The notes below the pieces were generated by a model that searched no databases, was not told the DNA's origin, and was given only the letters and a program-made list of their open reading frames with translations. Made by a program: the position numbers and the translations under genes. From an uncultured cyanobacterium (GTDB lineage: Bacteria > Cyanobacteriota > Cyanobacteriia > Pseudanabaenales > Pseudanabaenaceae), in NCBI GenBank assembly GCA_963703315.1, contig OY969811.1, positions 544,001 to 608,000 on the forward strand: a stretch of DNA of 64,000 bases, given 5' to 3'. Below are positions 19,316-29,422 of the stretch, one piece after another; positions within the stretch are counted from its first letter, which is position 1, and each line of letters opens with the position of its first letter.

Positions 19316-19341
19316 AAAAAGCACCCGTAAGGGTGCTTTTT
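19316..19341 (+). terminator. Intrinsic terminator
   Basis: aaaaagcaccc-gtaa-gggtgcttttt immediately after the stop codon. Confidence 0.75.
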
Positions 19342-19362
19342 CTAAGTAAGCAAAAATTGGAA

Positions 19363-19421
19363 GAATCTCATACCAAAAGCTAAAAATGGCAACGCCATTT
19401 TTAGCTTTTGGTATGAGATTC
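19363..19421. repeat. Family D palindrome with 28-bp perfect arms
   Basis: gaatctcataccaaaagctaaaaatggc-aac-gccatttttagcttttggtatgagattc. Confidence 0.88.
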
Positions 19422-19427
19422 AAGTAA

Positions 19428-19443
19428 TGTGAGCCAGATCACA
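19428..19443. promoter_or_regulatory. Consensus CRP-type binding site
   Basis: TGTGA-gccaga-TCACA, about 135 bp upstream of the 62-aa ORF. Confidence 0.6.
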
Positions 19444-19578
19444 ACTTTGTAGAGATTTGAAGCCCTTGATCCTTTGCCTACAATCACTTAACGGCACAGA
19501 TATCAGTCACATCTATATCTTGAGTTTTGGAGGAAGCTAATCATAGTAGAACTATGCTCCTAGTAAAGCCTCAAGCTA

Positions 19579-19767
19579 ATGAATAATAAAAGTGTTATCA
19601 GAAACTTAGTTAATCGCGCTCTCCTTGTTAAACGGCTTACTCCTGAGCTAGAAAACTTAATCAATCAAGAACTGTCTGCTCAAGGATACATTACCGATCC
19701 CGACTATGAAGCACTGGAATATCTTATGCAAGCTGTTGATCAGGGGAAAGTACGTCAAGTTAGCTAA
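19579..19767 (+). CDS. Small conserved hypothetical protein (62 aa)
   Basis: Clean helical ORF in its own intergenic slot; DYEALEYLMQAVDQGKV resembles small cyanobacterial proteins. Confidence 0.7.
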   Translation: MNNKSVIRNLVNRALLVKRLTPELENLINQELSAQGYITDPDYEALEYLMQAVDQGKVRQVS

Positions 19768-19910
19768 ATTGAAAAGAGAGTGGCGGTGTTTTGCACCGCC
19801 ACTCTCTTTTGGATTTACGAAAGGGTTTTCAAAACTAAAAATGTCATAGCCGTTTTTAGTTTTGGTATAAGACTGTAGACTAGGATTGCAAAATTTGAAG
19901 TCTTGCTTGT

Positions 19911-21392
19911 ATGGGTTCTTTGACCTATTCGGGGTTCCGTCATCAACTTCGATCGCGATCGCGTCAGTTAGTTAATTGGTTGCTGTTTTTTAGCGCCATC
20001 ATGCTAGTTGTATTCACTGTTAATAGTTGTCAGTCTAGTACAGGCATATTACCAGCGTTACCACAGCATCCAAATATTCAAGTATTTTTTAACCAAAATC
20101 AAGCCAACCGCTACACCGATCCCTACCGCAATATTGAGCGCCTCGGCGACAACCTCGAAAGAGTACTCGTCGATAATGTTAATCAAGCTAAGGTCAGTCT
20201 TGATGTTGCTGTCCAAGAGTTACGCTTACCCAACATTGCCAAGGCGATCGTTGATGCGAAATTGCGTGGGGTGAATGTCCGCCTGATTCTCGAAAATAAC
20301 TATAGTCGTGCTTGGAGTGAGTTTACGCCTGAGCAGATTGAGAAACTCAGTGAACGCGATCGCGATCGCTATAAAGAATTTAAAAAATTTGCCGATATTA
20401 ATAACGATGGTCGTTTAACTGAAGATGAACTAGACCGTCGTGATGGTTTACGGTTAATCAAAGTCACAGGTGTTCCTTGGATTGACGATACTGCTGATGG
20501 TTCTAAGGGCAGTGGACTGATGCATCATAAGTTTATGGTGATCGATGATCAGGTAGTTGTATTTGGCTCTGCCAATTTTACGATGAGCGATATTCATGGT
20601 GACTTCACTAAGCCTGATACTAGAGGTAACGCCAATAATCTGGTACGGATTGAGAGCAAAGAACTAGCTAAAAGATTTAAGCAAGAGTTCAACCTGATGT
20701 GGGGCGATGGACCTAATGGAAAACCTGATAGCAGATTTGGAACTAAAAAGCCTTCCCGTAAAATTGACTACCTCATCGTTGGCGGCGCACAAATTCGCCT
20801 TAAATTTTCTCCAGATATTGTCGATACATCCCGTGAACAGACTAGTAATGGACTAATTGCTACAGCGATCGCAGGCGCACAAAAAACTATCGATATGGCT
20901 CTATTTGTTTATTCTGAGCAGTTTATCTCGACTATTCTCGAAGAGCGTCAACAGCAAAATGTGCAGATTCGCGCTTTAGTAGAGCCACAATTTGCCTATC
21001 GAGATTATTCCGCCACTCTTGATATGTGGGGATTACAGTCCACTCAGGATTGTAAAACAGGGACAAGTAGTGCATGGAAACAACCACTTAAAACGGTAGG
21101 AATCCCTAATCTTGCTTCTGGGGATATGTTGCACCATAAGTTTGCAATTCTCGATCGCAATCTCATTCTTACAGGCTCACATAATTGGACAAATGCGGCA
21201 AATCATATCAATGATGAAGCTTTAGTCGCAATTCAAAACGAAACTGTTGCTGCCCATTACCAAAGAGAGTACGATCGCCTCTATCAAAATGCCACCCTTG
21301 GCGCTCCCGCAAAATTAGTGCAAGCTAGTTCTCAAAGTTGCGCTGAGCGCAGTAAGAGCAAGGCTGCCCCAATGATTGAAGAGTCCGAATAA
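19911..21392 (+). CDS. Phospholipase D-like (Nuc-type) nuclease, ComA/Slr0197-like competence protein
   Basis: Two HKD motifs (HHKFMVID...GSANF and HHKFAILD...GSHNW); N-terminal membrane anchor. Confidence 0.8.
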   Translation: MGSLTYSGFRHQLRSRSRQLVNWLLFFSAIMLVVFTVNSCQSSTGILPALPQHPNIQVFFNQNQANRYTDPYRNIERLGDNLERVLVDNVNQAKVSLDVAVQELRLPNIAKAIVDAKLRGVNVRLILENNYSRAWSEFTPEQIEKLSERDRDRYKEFKKFADINNDGRLTEDELDRRDGLRLIKVTGVPWIDDTADGSKGSGLMHHKFMVIDDQVVVFGSANFTMSDIHGDFTKPDTRGNANNLVRIESKELAKRFKQEFNLMWGDGPNGKPDSRFGTKKPSRKIDYLIVGGAQIRLKFSPDIVDTSREQTSNGLIATAIAGAQKTIDMALFVYSEQFISTILEERQQQNVQIRALVEPQFAYRDYSATLDMWGLQSTQDCKTGTSSAWKQPLKTVGIPNLASGDMLHHKFAILDRNLILTGSHNWTNAANHINDEALVAIQNETVAAHYQREYDRLYQNATLGAPAKLVQASSQSCAERSKSKAAPMIEESE

Positions 21393-21398
21393 TTTTAA

Positions 21399-21489
21399 CC
21401 AAGAAGTGAGTTGCGGCGCGAAGCGCCGCAACTCACTTCTTGGGTTTTATGTCACAAAAGTGTGTCAGCACTTTTGTGAATTGGGATAA
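21399..21489. repeat. GC-core palindrome followed by a family D half-element
   Basis: ccaagaagtgagttgcggcgc-gaa-gcgccgcaactcacttcttgg, then tcacaaaagtg...cacttttgtgaattgg. Confidence 0.8.
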
Positions 21490-21572
21490 CTGGCGATCGC
21501 AGGACACTAAAGTTTTGTTAAGCTAGACTTGCTGAAATATTGTGCATCTCTACAAACTGCGTCATTACAAAT

Positions 21573-22910
21573 ATGGTCAATCTGGTTCAAAACGTCAAAC
21601 CCACGATCGCCTTCTCCCACTTGGGTTGTGAAAAGAACCGCGTCGATACCGAACATATGCTGGGCTTGTTAGTACAAGCTGGCTATCAAGTCGATAGCAA
21701 CGAGGAATTAGCCGACTATGTGATCGTCAATACCTGTAGCTTCATTGAAGATGCCCGCCGCGAATCGGTGCGAACTTTAGTAGAACTTGCGGAAATGGGC
21801 AAACGCATCGTCATTGCAGGATGTATGGCACAACACTTTCAGCAAGAACTACTTGATGAAATTCCTGAAGCAGTTGCCCTCGTCGGTACGGGTGACTATC
21901 AAAAAATTGTCGATGTGATCGAACGTGCCGAGACAGGGGAAAGAGTCAAGGAAATTACGGCAGTTCCTACCTACATTGCCGATGACACGATCCCACGCTA
22001 TCGCACCACCAATGAAGCCGTAGCCTACGTGCGCGTGGCTGAAGGCTGTGATTATCGCTGTGCCTTTTGCATTATTCCTCACTTGCGCGGGGATCAGCGA
22101 TCGCGCTCCATTGAGTCGATTGTCACCGAATGCGATCGCCTCGCCTCGGAAGGGGTCAAAGAAATTATCTTAATTTCCCAAATCACCACCAACTACGGAC
22201 AGGATATTTACGGTCAGCCGCGTCTTGCGGAGCTATTAACCGCTCTCGGTCAAGTCGATGTGCCTTGGGTGAGAATGCACTACGCCTACCCCACAGGCTT
22301 GACCCCCAAAGTAATTAATGCCATGAAGTCCACGCCCAACGTGGTTCCCTATCTTGATTTGCCTTTACAACACTCGCATCCTGATGTCCTCCGCGCTATG
22401 AACCGTCCTTGGCAAGGACGCATCAATGACAAGATTATGGAGCAACTAAAAGCTTCATTGCCTGATGCCGTTACTCGGACTACCTTTATTGTCGGCTTTC
22501 CGGGAGAAACTGAGGAAAATTTCGAGCATTTATTAGAGTTTGTCCAGCGCCACGAGTTTGATCATGTTGGCGTATTTACTTTCTCTGCCGAGGAGGGTAC
22601 TCCCGCATTTGATTTACCCGACCAATTACCTGAAGAAGTCAAACAAGAGCGCCGCGATCGCATCATGGCAGCCCAACAGGAAATTTCCTTCAAGAAAAAC
22701 CAGTTAGAAATTGGTAAAACCGTTGATGTTTTAATCGAGCAGGAAAATCCTGATACTGGTGAACTCATCGGGCGATCGGCAAGATTTGCTCCTGATGTCG
22801 ATGGTGTGGTCTATGTGCGTGATCCGCTTGGCAAAGCTACTCTTGGCTCCATGTTTTCTGTCAAAATTACCGCCGCCGATCATTACGACCTATTTGGTGA
22901 AATAGTCTAA
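21573..22910 (+). CDS. rimO: Ribosomal protein S12 methylthiotransferase RimO
   Basis: [17 protein letters not shown], radical-SAM motif CDYRCAFC and C-terminal TRAM domain; ATG at 21573 preferred as start. Confidence 0.95.
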   Translation: MVNLVQNVKPTIAFSHLGCEKNRVDTEHMLGLLVQAGYQVDSNEELADYVIVNTCSFIEDARRESVRTLVELAEMGKRIVIAGCMAQHFQQELLDEIPEAVALVGTGDYQKIVDVIERAETGERVKEITAVPTYIADDTIPRYRTTNEAVAYVRVAEGCDYRCAFCIIPHLRGDQRSRSIESIVTECDRLASEGVKEIILISQITTNYGQDIYGQPRLAELLTALGQVDVPWVRMHYAYPTGLTPKVINAMKSTPNVVPYLDLPLQHSHPDVLRAMNRPWQGRINDKIMEQLKASLPDAVTRTTFIVGFPGETEENFEHLLEFVQRHEFDHVGVFTFSAEEGTPAFDLPDQLPEEVKQERRDRIMAAQQEISFKKNQLEIGKTVDVLIEQENPDTGELIGRSARFAPDVDGVVYVRDPLGKATLGSMFSVKITAADHYDLFGEIV

Positions 22911-22925
22911 GTCGCAGCGATTCCA

Positions 22926-22974
22926 AACCCACAAAAGAGGTGCGGCGCTGTGCGCCGCACCTCTTTTGTGGGTT
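22926..22974. repeat. GC-core palindrome / terminator
   Basis: aacccacaaaagaggtgcggcgc-tgt-gcgccgcacctcttttgtgggtt. Confidence 0.85.
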
Positions 22975-23260
22975 ATAACTAGCTCTGTTGCGCTCACAAC
23001 CTAGATTTGGTATCTCACACTACACAATTTTAGTAAATTTATAGCAAGATGAGAAAAACTAACTTTTATATAACTTTTTAACTTCTTTTTACTAACCTTT
23101 GTATATCTCTGAGGGGTTTCATAAGTTAGAAAAAAGTGAATAATGGAACACATAAAGCAAGACCACAATTTAACCTACCAATTAAAAAGTAGTTTTTGTT
23201 CCAAGTCTCGTAATCAGAAATCAGACTGTTATTCACTGAAAGAAATTAAAAGGAAGAAAC

Positions 23261-23686
23261 ATGGATACTATTACTAAAGTTAATCATTTGTCCTTTGGTC
23301 AAGATTTAAATACTGAATCTACTTTCATGATCAAACTTGCAAGTGGCAAACTCGACAGCATCACAGGTTCTGATCTACTTGGCAAGATTCAGTCATGGAT
23401 TTCCGCAAACATGATGATGAACAATAAAAATGTACCTGCTTTGATTGTTGACATGGAAAACGTTGAATTTATCGACAGTCAAGGCTTACAAAAACTGTTA
23501 GCTTGCCTCAAGCTAATGCAATCACAAAACAGCAGCTTATTGCTTTGCTCTCAACAACCATCTGTTCGCCTCGTATTTGAAATCAGCAGAATGGATCAGA
23601 TGTTTGCTGTTTTACCAAGTGCTGACTTTTTTATGAATCAAGCAAGTCTAGATTATCAAAACTCTAACTATTTAGTAGCAGCCTAA
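23261..23686 (+). CDS. STAS domain protein (anti-sigma factor antagonist)
   Basis: LIVDMENVEFIDSQGL and VRLVFEISRMDQMF. Confidence 0.9.
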   Translation: MDTITKVNHLSFGQDLNTESTFMIKLASGKLDSITGSDLLGKIQSWISANMMMNNKNVPALIVDMENVEFIDSQGLQKLLACLKLMQSQNSSLLLCSQQPSVRLVFEISRMDQMFAVLPSADFFMNQASLDYQNSNYLVAA

Positions 23687-23883
23687 ATATAGATCTGTTC
23701 CATGAGTAAAAACAAGGTAGTTCTAATTATCTTGTTCTAAGAGGCAAAGTGTACATTATATGTTTGAAAAATGTCATATTACATACAAAAGAGGGAGTGC
23801 TTAGCACTCCCTCTTTTGTATGTAAAGTTAGTTATGGTGCGGCGAAGCTGCTACATAATTAAATCGTAAAACTCTAATGTCTT

Positions 23884-23957
23884 TAAGTAGCTGGGCGCAA
23901 TGAAATATAAAACCCTAAAACCTGTGGCGCACGCTGCGCGTGCGCCACAGGTTTTGG
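23884..23957. mobile_element. Truncated family B MITE-like element
   Basis: taagtagctgggcgcaat...cctgtggcgcacgc-tgc-gcgtgcgccacagg; left end matches the copies at 35126 and 37090. Confidence 0.7.
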
Positions 23958-23958
23958 A

Positions 23959-24528
23959 TTAGTAAAACAATAACTTTCTAGAAATTGTGGCGATCACAAT
24001 AGTTGCACAAACAACTAAAAACTGACCCGATAAAACTTGTACAGAATATTGCCAGAATGAAGTCTGAATGGCACTGAAGTTAGGAATTTGAATTGCTACT
24101 AAATAAACGATACCAACCAAGTGAATCGCCAATAATCCACCAAAACAACTAATTGCCATTCGTCCTAAACTTGGGGGTCTTAAAAAAGCGAGAAACCCAC
24201 AGAGCCATCCACCCGCAAGAAATCCTAACAAATACCCAAAAGCAGGGGATTTGAGGTATCCCAATCCACCACCTTGATAAAATACGCCAAACCCACTTAA
24301 GCCCAAAGTAATGTAGGTGATCTGCGATAAAAGTGCGGCATTGCGTCCACCGAGACATCCTGTTAGCAGAACTGCACCAATCTGCATAGTGACACTGATC
24401 GATTCGATCGCAATATTATTTCCCTGACCTGTGAGGGATGGCAAAAGCATGGAGGGTTGAATGAACGTGCTAGCAATTGTCAGCAGTAGTCCAGACAAAG
24501 CCCACATTAGCTGTAACGATTTTGGCAC
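23959..24528 (-). CDS. bioY: Biotin transporter BioY
   Basis: SVTMQIGAVLL, GLSGFGVFYQGGG and FGYLLGF; multi-pass hydrophobic profile. Confidence 0.88.
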   Translation of the reverse strand: MPKSLQLMWALSGLLLTIASTFIQPSMLLPSLTGQGNNIAIESISVTMQIGAVLLTGCLGGRNAALLSQITYITLGLSGFGVFYQGGGLGYLKSPAFGYLLGFLAGGWLCGFLAFLRPPSLGRMAISCFGGLLAIHLVGIVYLVAIQIPNFSAIQTSFWQYSVQVLSGQFLVVCATIVIATISRKLLFY

Positions 24529-24614
24529 AAGCGTCTCAGGCAGAAATTAGATGCAATATAAAATCGTACATGAATTTCGGTCAAGAATTATAGAGGTGAT
24601 GCGAAGCATCACCT

Positions 24615-25808
24615 CTATAATTCTTGACCGAAAGCTAAAATTGCATTTTGTCCGCCAAAGCCAAAACTGAAATTAAGGGCGTATTGGAGATCTGGCGATC
24701 GCACAGCTTGTTGAATCATCTGAATATCAAAGGCAGGAGTTTGCATTCCCACTGAAGGCGGCAAAAGGCGATCGCGTAAAGCCAATAAACAAAATGCCGC
24801 TTCAATCATCCCCGTTGCTCCCAACGTATGTCCTGTTGCTCCTTTGGTGGCACTGACTACACTATCAGGAAAAAATTTTGTGATTAATTCGGCTTCACGG
24901 GCATCATTAATTTTCGTAGCCGTGCCATGTACATTAATATAACCAACTTGATCCGCCGTAATTGGCGATCGCCTGAGACAATCTTTAATGGCGATCGCTG
25001 CCATCAAGTTATCAGGATGAGGACTAGTGGCATGATACGCATCATTGGTAATGCCCCAGCCTAAAACCCTGCCGTAAATTTGACAATTTCTCTGTTTCGC
25101 TGATTCCCAAGATTCCAGCACTAATGTGGCGGCTCCTTCACCAAGAGCAAAACCTTGACGCTCTTTACTAAAAGGATATACACCTGACTCTGCTAACACG
25201 CCAATTTTCTGAAACCCTGCGATCGTTAATGGCGTAATCGCGGCATCGGTTGCCCCTGCGATCGCCATGTCACATTGTCCAGAGCGAATTAATTCACAAG
25301 CTTGAGCGATCGCCCAATTTCCTGTGGCACAGGCTGCCATTGGTGCAATTACAGGAGATTGGCTTTGTAATAAACTAGCGATTTGGGCTGATAGGTTAGC
25401 AGATTGACAATTCCACCAATAATTCTGAATCAATTTTCTATCAGGATGATCAAGTAATAGTTCTAATTCTCTCTGATTGCTGCGACTTGAACCAATGACA
25501 ACACCACAGTTAATTAAGGGAAGTTCGAGATTTGCATCGGCGATCGCTTCTAAAACTGTCTTTTGTAAAAAATATTGCGCTCTGGACTGAGCTTTAGATT
25601 GATCTGGAAATTGTGAATCTTCTATTTCATCAATTCGAGCAGTAGGAATTTGGAATTGCTGATCAAATTTAATTCCAGACTTGCCTTGTAGAAGTTGCTG
25701 CCAAGTATTTTCGCGATTACTGGCGATCGCGGTAGTCATGCCAATACCTGTAACAACAACTGTTGTTTGCTCAGATGTTTGCTCAGATTCTCTATCCCAA
25801 GATTTCAT
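24615..25808 (-). CDS. Beta-ketoacyl-ACP synthase (FabF-like)
   Basis: Cys-His-His triad: AACATG, NVHGTAT and KGATGHTLGA; NFSFGFGG. Confidence 0.88.
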   Translation of the reverse strand: MKSWDRESEQTSEQTTVVVTGIGMTTAIASNRENTWQQLLQGKSGIKFDQQFQIPTARIDEIEDSQFPDQSKAQSRAQYFLQKTVLEAIADANLELPLINCGVVIGSSRSNQRELELLLDHPDRKLIQNYWWNCQSANLSAQIASLLQSQSPVIAPMAACATGNWAIAQACELIRSGQCDMAIAGATDAAITPLTIAGFQKIGVLAESGVYPFSKERQGFALGEGAATLVLESWESAKQRNCQIYGRVLGWGITNDAYHATSPHPDNLMAAIAIKDCLRRSPITADQVGYINVHGTATKINDAREAELITKFFPDSVVSATKGATGHTLGATGMIEAAFCLLALRDRLLPPSVGMQTPAFDIQMIQQAVRSPDLQYALNFSFGFGGQNAILAFGQEL

Positions 25809-26352
25809 CGACAGTAATATTTACATCGGGGAACGCAAGAATCGATAAATTTTGTCCACGATAGAATTTGTAATTTTCTTGATAACCTTCAGGATTTGGT
25901 GAGCGATAAACTTCGATACAAGCACTATTAATGTCAACTAACCAAACTTCAGTAATACCATCTTCAGCATACAGAGGAATCTTTAACTCGCGATCGCTAT
26001 CAATCGTACTATCAGCAACCTCAATTAAAAGCAATACATCGGTCGGTTGTGGATGTCCAGATTCATAAAAATCATTTTTATATCTCAGTAACATAACATC
26101 AGGCTCAGGTTCAGATGTATTGTCTAAAGCTAAGGGATTCTGAATCCGAATTACAACCTTACCTGCAAGTTTTACTGCAAATACATAATTACAACGATCT
26201 ACACAAGCGGCGTGTCTTCGACCAATTGATGCCATTTTAATAATTTCTCCTCTAATTAGTTCTACACGCTCATGATCAAATAGCCCAGCCTCAGCCATTT
26301 GATCATATTCTTTGACAGTGAAGAGGCGCTTGAGTAGTGATGTCGCTGGCAT
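25792..26352 (-). CDS. Uma2 family endonuclease
   Basis: SEPEPDV, LLIEVADST and KIPLYA.DGITEVWLVD. Confidence 0.92.
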   Translation of the reverse strand: MPATSLLKRLFTVKEYDQMAEAGLFDHERVELIRGEIIKMASIGRRHAACVDRCNYVFAVKLAGKVVIRIQNPLALDNTSEPEPDVMLLRYKNDFYESGHPQPTDVLLLIEVADSTIDSDRELKIPLYAEDGITEVWLVDINSACIEVYRSPNPEGYQENYKFYRGQNLSILAFPDVNITVDEILG

Positions 26353-26475
26353 ATTGACCTCCGTAGAACTAGTTGTATTTTAGCTTTGATTTTATCCCAA
26401 AGCTAAAAATGGCAACGCCATTTTTAGCTTTGAAAACCCTTGATGATGTCCCGTGCGAAGAACGGGACATCATTA

Positions 26476-27969
26476 TTATGGAAACCATCGTGGAAATTTA
26501 CCAAACATCGGTAGTACTTCAGGTTGCGGAGAAGTGTTGCTATTAGCGTTATTAATCGGCAGCACAATTAATTGAGTGGGAGATTGTGGAGTCTGAGAAC
26601 CTCTAGTGGCTTTAGCAGAATCTTCGGGAATAGTTTGAGAAATAGCAGAATCGCTACTGGGAGTTGCAGAATTTAGGAGAATGGATTGACCATCAGGAGA
26701 GATATTAAATTGAATTTCTCTTTGCGCTGGGAGTTCGAGAATTCGCTTAAGTTGCGTAGATGCTAGATCGATCGCGGCAAGATAGGGCTTCTCCCGAAAG
26801 ATGTTTTTAGCAGGATCTTGCTCAACATCGGTAAATAAACAATAAAGACTCTTCTCTTGAGGATCGAACTGAGCGCCTAAAATAGAACCGCTAATTTTGG
26901 TAAGTTCCTTCTGTATGCCTTGGTTAGTTACCAAATAGAGCGATCGCGTATAGTCTTTATTAAATTTAATAGTCGCCGCCTGTGTGCCGCTTCTGCCAAA
27001 ACTTAAAACCGTGCCGAATCTGGGGAGAAAGTCCAACGGTGGGGCTTGCGGCTCAAGAGGCAAAATCGCAACTCCTTCGCCTTGAGCGATCGCCACCGAT
27101 GCACTGTCGGGCGTGAACATAAAATCGCCCCCTGGTTGATTTTCCAAGGCTTTGGCTGGTTGATTGTCTTTAATAAGCCAGAGTCCATAGCGTCCAACTT
27201 GTTGACGGCTGAGACGCTGCACCAAGATGTTTTTGCCATCGGGAGAGAGATCGAATTTAAAGTTTTGATAGTCATCGCTACCGAGAATAGGTTTAATTTC
27301 AGGTGGATTTAACGTTAAACGATCTTCGCGATCAATTCCCGTTGTCACCACATAGAGTTTTTGGTCAATTAAGCTCTGCCCTACCCCTTCGATCGCCCCA
27401 AAGAGTATCTTTTGGCGATCTGGATAAATCCGAAAATCTAAAACTGTCAGATTAGGAGGTGTTAAAACTCGCTTTTCCTTTTGCAACACATTGTAAAGGA
27501 AAAGTCGTCCTTTTTCCTCACCCTGTGATCCGATGTAAGCAAAATAGGGACTGGGGGTGGTAAAACTGCCTGTAAAAGGATCGATCGCAATTTTTCTGCC
27601 CGACTCACTGGCAAAGCGATCGTAGGCATTTTCTAGTTTCACGGTATAGGATTTGCCATAGGTCGCAGGGGCTAAGGGTGTGTAGGACATCCGTCGTGAT
27701 GACCAACTGATTTTGCCTGCGAGGGGTGGCTCAAATTTGAGATTCTGCTCCACACTTTCACGATTCATCGGGCGATTGAAGGTCAAGGCAAAGGAGATAT
27801 TGGTAGCATCAATTTTCTGACCTTGCCAACTAAAGTCTCTCACCTGTGGTGCGGTGCGATCTCCAACCCACAGTAGTACAGCGATCGCGACACTCAGCAC
27901 TGCCACTAAACCAATAGCATAGCGATCGAGTGGCTGCGAAAACCATTTAAAGCGAGGACTAAGTTGCAT
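26476..27969 (-). CDS. Membrane-anchored Ig-like (SbsA/Big_5) + TolB-like beta-propeller protein
   Basis: N-terminal TM helix, LTFNRPMNRESVE Ig-like motif and SPDG-type repeats; start set to MQLS because the track start lies in a palindrome. Confidence 0.7.
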   Translation of the reverse strand: MQLSPRFKWFSQPLDRYAIGLVAVLSVAIAVLLWVGDRTAPQVRDFSWQGQKIDATNISFALTFNRPMNRESVEQNLKFEPPLAGKISWSSRRMSYTPLAPATYGKSYTVKLENAYDRFASESGRKIAIDPFTGSFTTPSPYFAYIGSQGEEKGRLFLYNVLQKEKRVLTPPNLTVLDFRIYPDRQKILFGAIEGVGQSLIDQKLYVVTTGIDREDRLTLNPPEIKPILGSDDYQNFKFDLSPDGKNILVQRLSRQQVGRYGLWLIKDNQPAKALENQPGGDFMFTPDSASVAIAQGEGVAILPLEPQAPPLDFLPRFGTVLSFGRSGTQAATIKFNKDYTRSLYLVTNQGIQKELTKISGSILGAQFDPQEKSLYCLFTDVEQDPAKNIFREKPYLAAIDLASTQLKRILELPAQREIQFNISPDGQSILLNSATPSSDSAISQTIPEDSAKATRGSQTPQSPTQLIVLPINNANSNTSPQPEVLPMFGKFPRWFP

Positions 27970-27982
27970 ATCAAGGTCATAA

Positions 27983-28093
27983 ATAATCAAGAACAAAGAG
28001 GCTATAGCCTCTTTGTTCTTGATTATAGCGATCGCCAGTGCAAATCAAAACACCAAAGAGAGTTGTGACGCTTTGCGTCATAACTCTCTTTGG
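27983..28093. repeat. Perfect 44-bp palindrome followed by a family C-like element
   Basis: ataatcaagaacaaagaggcta|tagcctctttgttcttgattat, then accaaagagagttgtgacgc-ttt-gcgtcataactctctttggt. Confidence 0.8.
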
Positions 28094-28098
28094 TACTG

Positions 28099-29196
28099 TT
28101 ATAAAAACGATCGCTTAGTTACTGTGGCAGGAAATTCCTGATTGCGAATTTTTACTTGCACAATTTGTCCATTTTTTGCCAAATGTGATGGTACATATCC
28201 AAAGGCGATCGGTTTTCCTAACGTTGGCGACATCGTGCCACTAGTTACAATCCCCACAGGTTCACCTTCAAACAGAATTGGATAATCATGACGAGCAATA
28301 TTCCGACCTTCCAATTCTAAACCAACTAATTTACGAGAGGTTCCATTCTGTCGTTGTTCCTCTAAAATCTCGCGTCCCATAAAATCACCTTTCTCTTTGA
28401 GATGCACAATCCAATTAAGATCTGCTTCAATGGGAGTGATGGTGTCATTCATATCTTGTCCATAGAGATGCATTCCTGCTTCCAAACGCAAGGTATCGCG
28501 ACAACCTAAACCACAAGGAACAACACCTAAATCGAGCAGTTTTTGCCATAATGCTTTACCTGTGTCGATATCGGTCATGATTTCACAACCATCCTCGCCT
28601 GTATAGCCTGTTCGCGCAATGAAGCTAGATGCTCCTAAAATATCTGTGCGCGTATGCCCAAACCTTAAGCGAGGCAGCTTTAAAAGATCGGTCGTTACTA
28701 GTCCCTGTAAAGTGGCGATCGCCGTTTTACCCTGCACAGCAATCAAGGTTTGGGAAGCAGAATGATCAATCAGGCGATCGCCTAAATGCTGCTGCAACCA
28801 AGCTTTATCTTTGTCAGTGGTTGAGGCGTTGACGATGAGCGTCCAGTTTTCAGAATTACCATCAGACTCATGGCGATAAAAAATCACATCATCAATAATT
28901 CCTGCTTGTTCATTGAGCAGCACTGTATATAAAGCTTGTCCTACCTTTAAGCGCCCTAAGTTCGATGGCACAAGTTTGTTGATAGTTTCTAACACCCCTT
29001 CACCTGCGATCGCAAATTTACCCATGTGCGACACATCAAACATTCCCACCTGCGATCGGACGGCATTGTGTTCGGCAACTAGTCCTGTGTATTGAACGGG
29101 CATTTCCCACCCACCAAATTCTACTAATCGCGCACCAGAGCTAACGTGAAGGTCGTACAGAGGGGTGCGCTTGAGAGAGTTGCTCATGATTGCCAT
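28099..29196 (-). CDS. gcvT: Glycine cleavage system aminomethyltransferase T
   Basis: FGGWEMPVQY, FDVSHMG, ARTGYTGEDG and GLGCRDTLRLEAG. Confidence 0.96.
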   Translation of the reverse strand: MAIMSNSLKRTPLYDLHVSSGARLVEFGGWEMPVQYTGLVAEHNAVRSQVGMFDVSHMGKFAIAGEGVLETINKLVPSNLGRLKVGQALYTVLLNEQAGIIDDVIFYRHESDGNSENWTLIVNASTTDKDKAWLQQHLGDRLIDHSASQTLIAVQGKTAIATLQGLVTTDLLKLPRLRFGHTRTDILGASSFIARTGYTGEDGCEIMTDIDTGKALWQKLLDLGVVPCGLGCRDTLRLEAGMHLYGQDMNDTITPIEADLNWIVHLKEKGDFMGREILEEQRQNGTSRKLVGLELEGRNIARHDYPILFEGEPVGIVTSGTMSPTLGKPIAFGYVPSHLAKNGQIVQVKIRNQEFPATVTKRSFL

Positions 29197-29248
29197 TCAA
29201 AAGTTATTACAACTATTAATTATGCGATCTGGTTTGTATTGTTGAGAG

Positions 29249-29341
29249 TATAGCAATGCAAGTTTTGCTGAGGACATAACACCAAAAAACTGTGGCGCAC
29301 GCAGCGCGTGCGCCACAGTTTTTTGGTGTTATGCCCAGCTA
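29249..29341. mobile_element. Chimeric repeat element (family C-like left end, family B core and right end)
   Basis: tatagcaatgcaagttttgctgaggaca + cataacaccaaaaaactgtggcgcacgc-agc-gcgtgcgccacagttttttggtgttatg + cccagcta. Confidence 0.6.
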
Positions 29342-29422
29342 ATTAGAATTAAAACTACTAGTTCATTTTCGCAAAGTCTTACTAGGCAAGCTTTTGTCAA
29401 AATAAAGTAGTATAGATACATT

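Noticed and set aside
23959..25808. FabF-like synthase plus bioY as a secondary-metabolite or biotin-precursor cluster
   Set aside because: No ACP, chain-length factor or tailoring genes are nearby; adjacency alone is not enough.
25792..26352. Uma2 genes (also 56828..57415) as a defence system
   Set aside because: Uma2 paralogs are abundant and scattered in cyanobacterial genomes, and there are no partner genes here.
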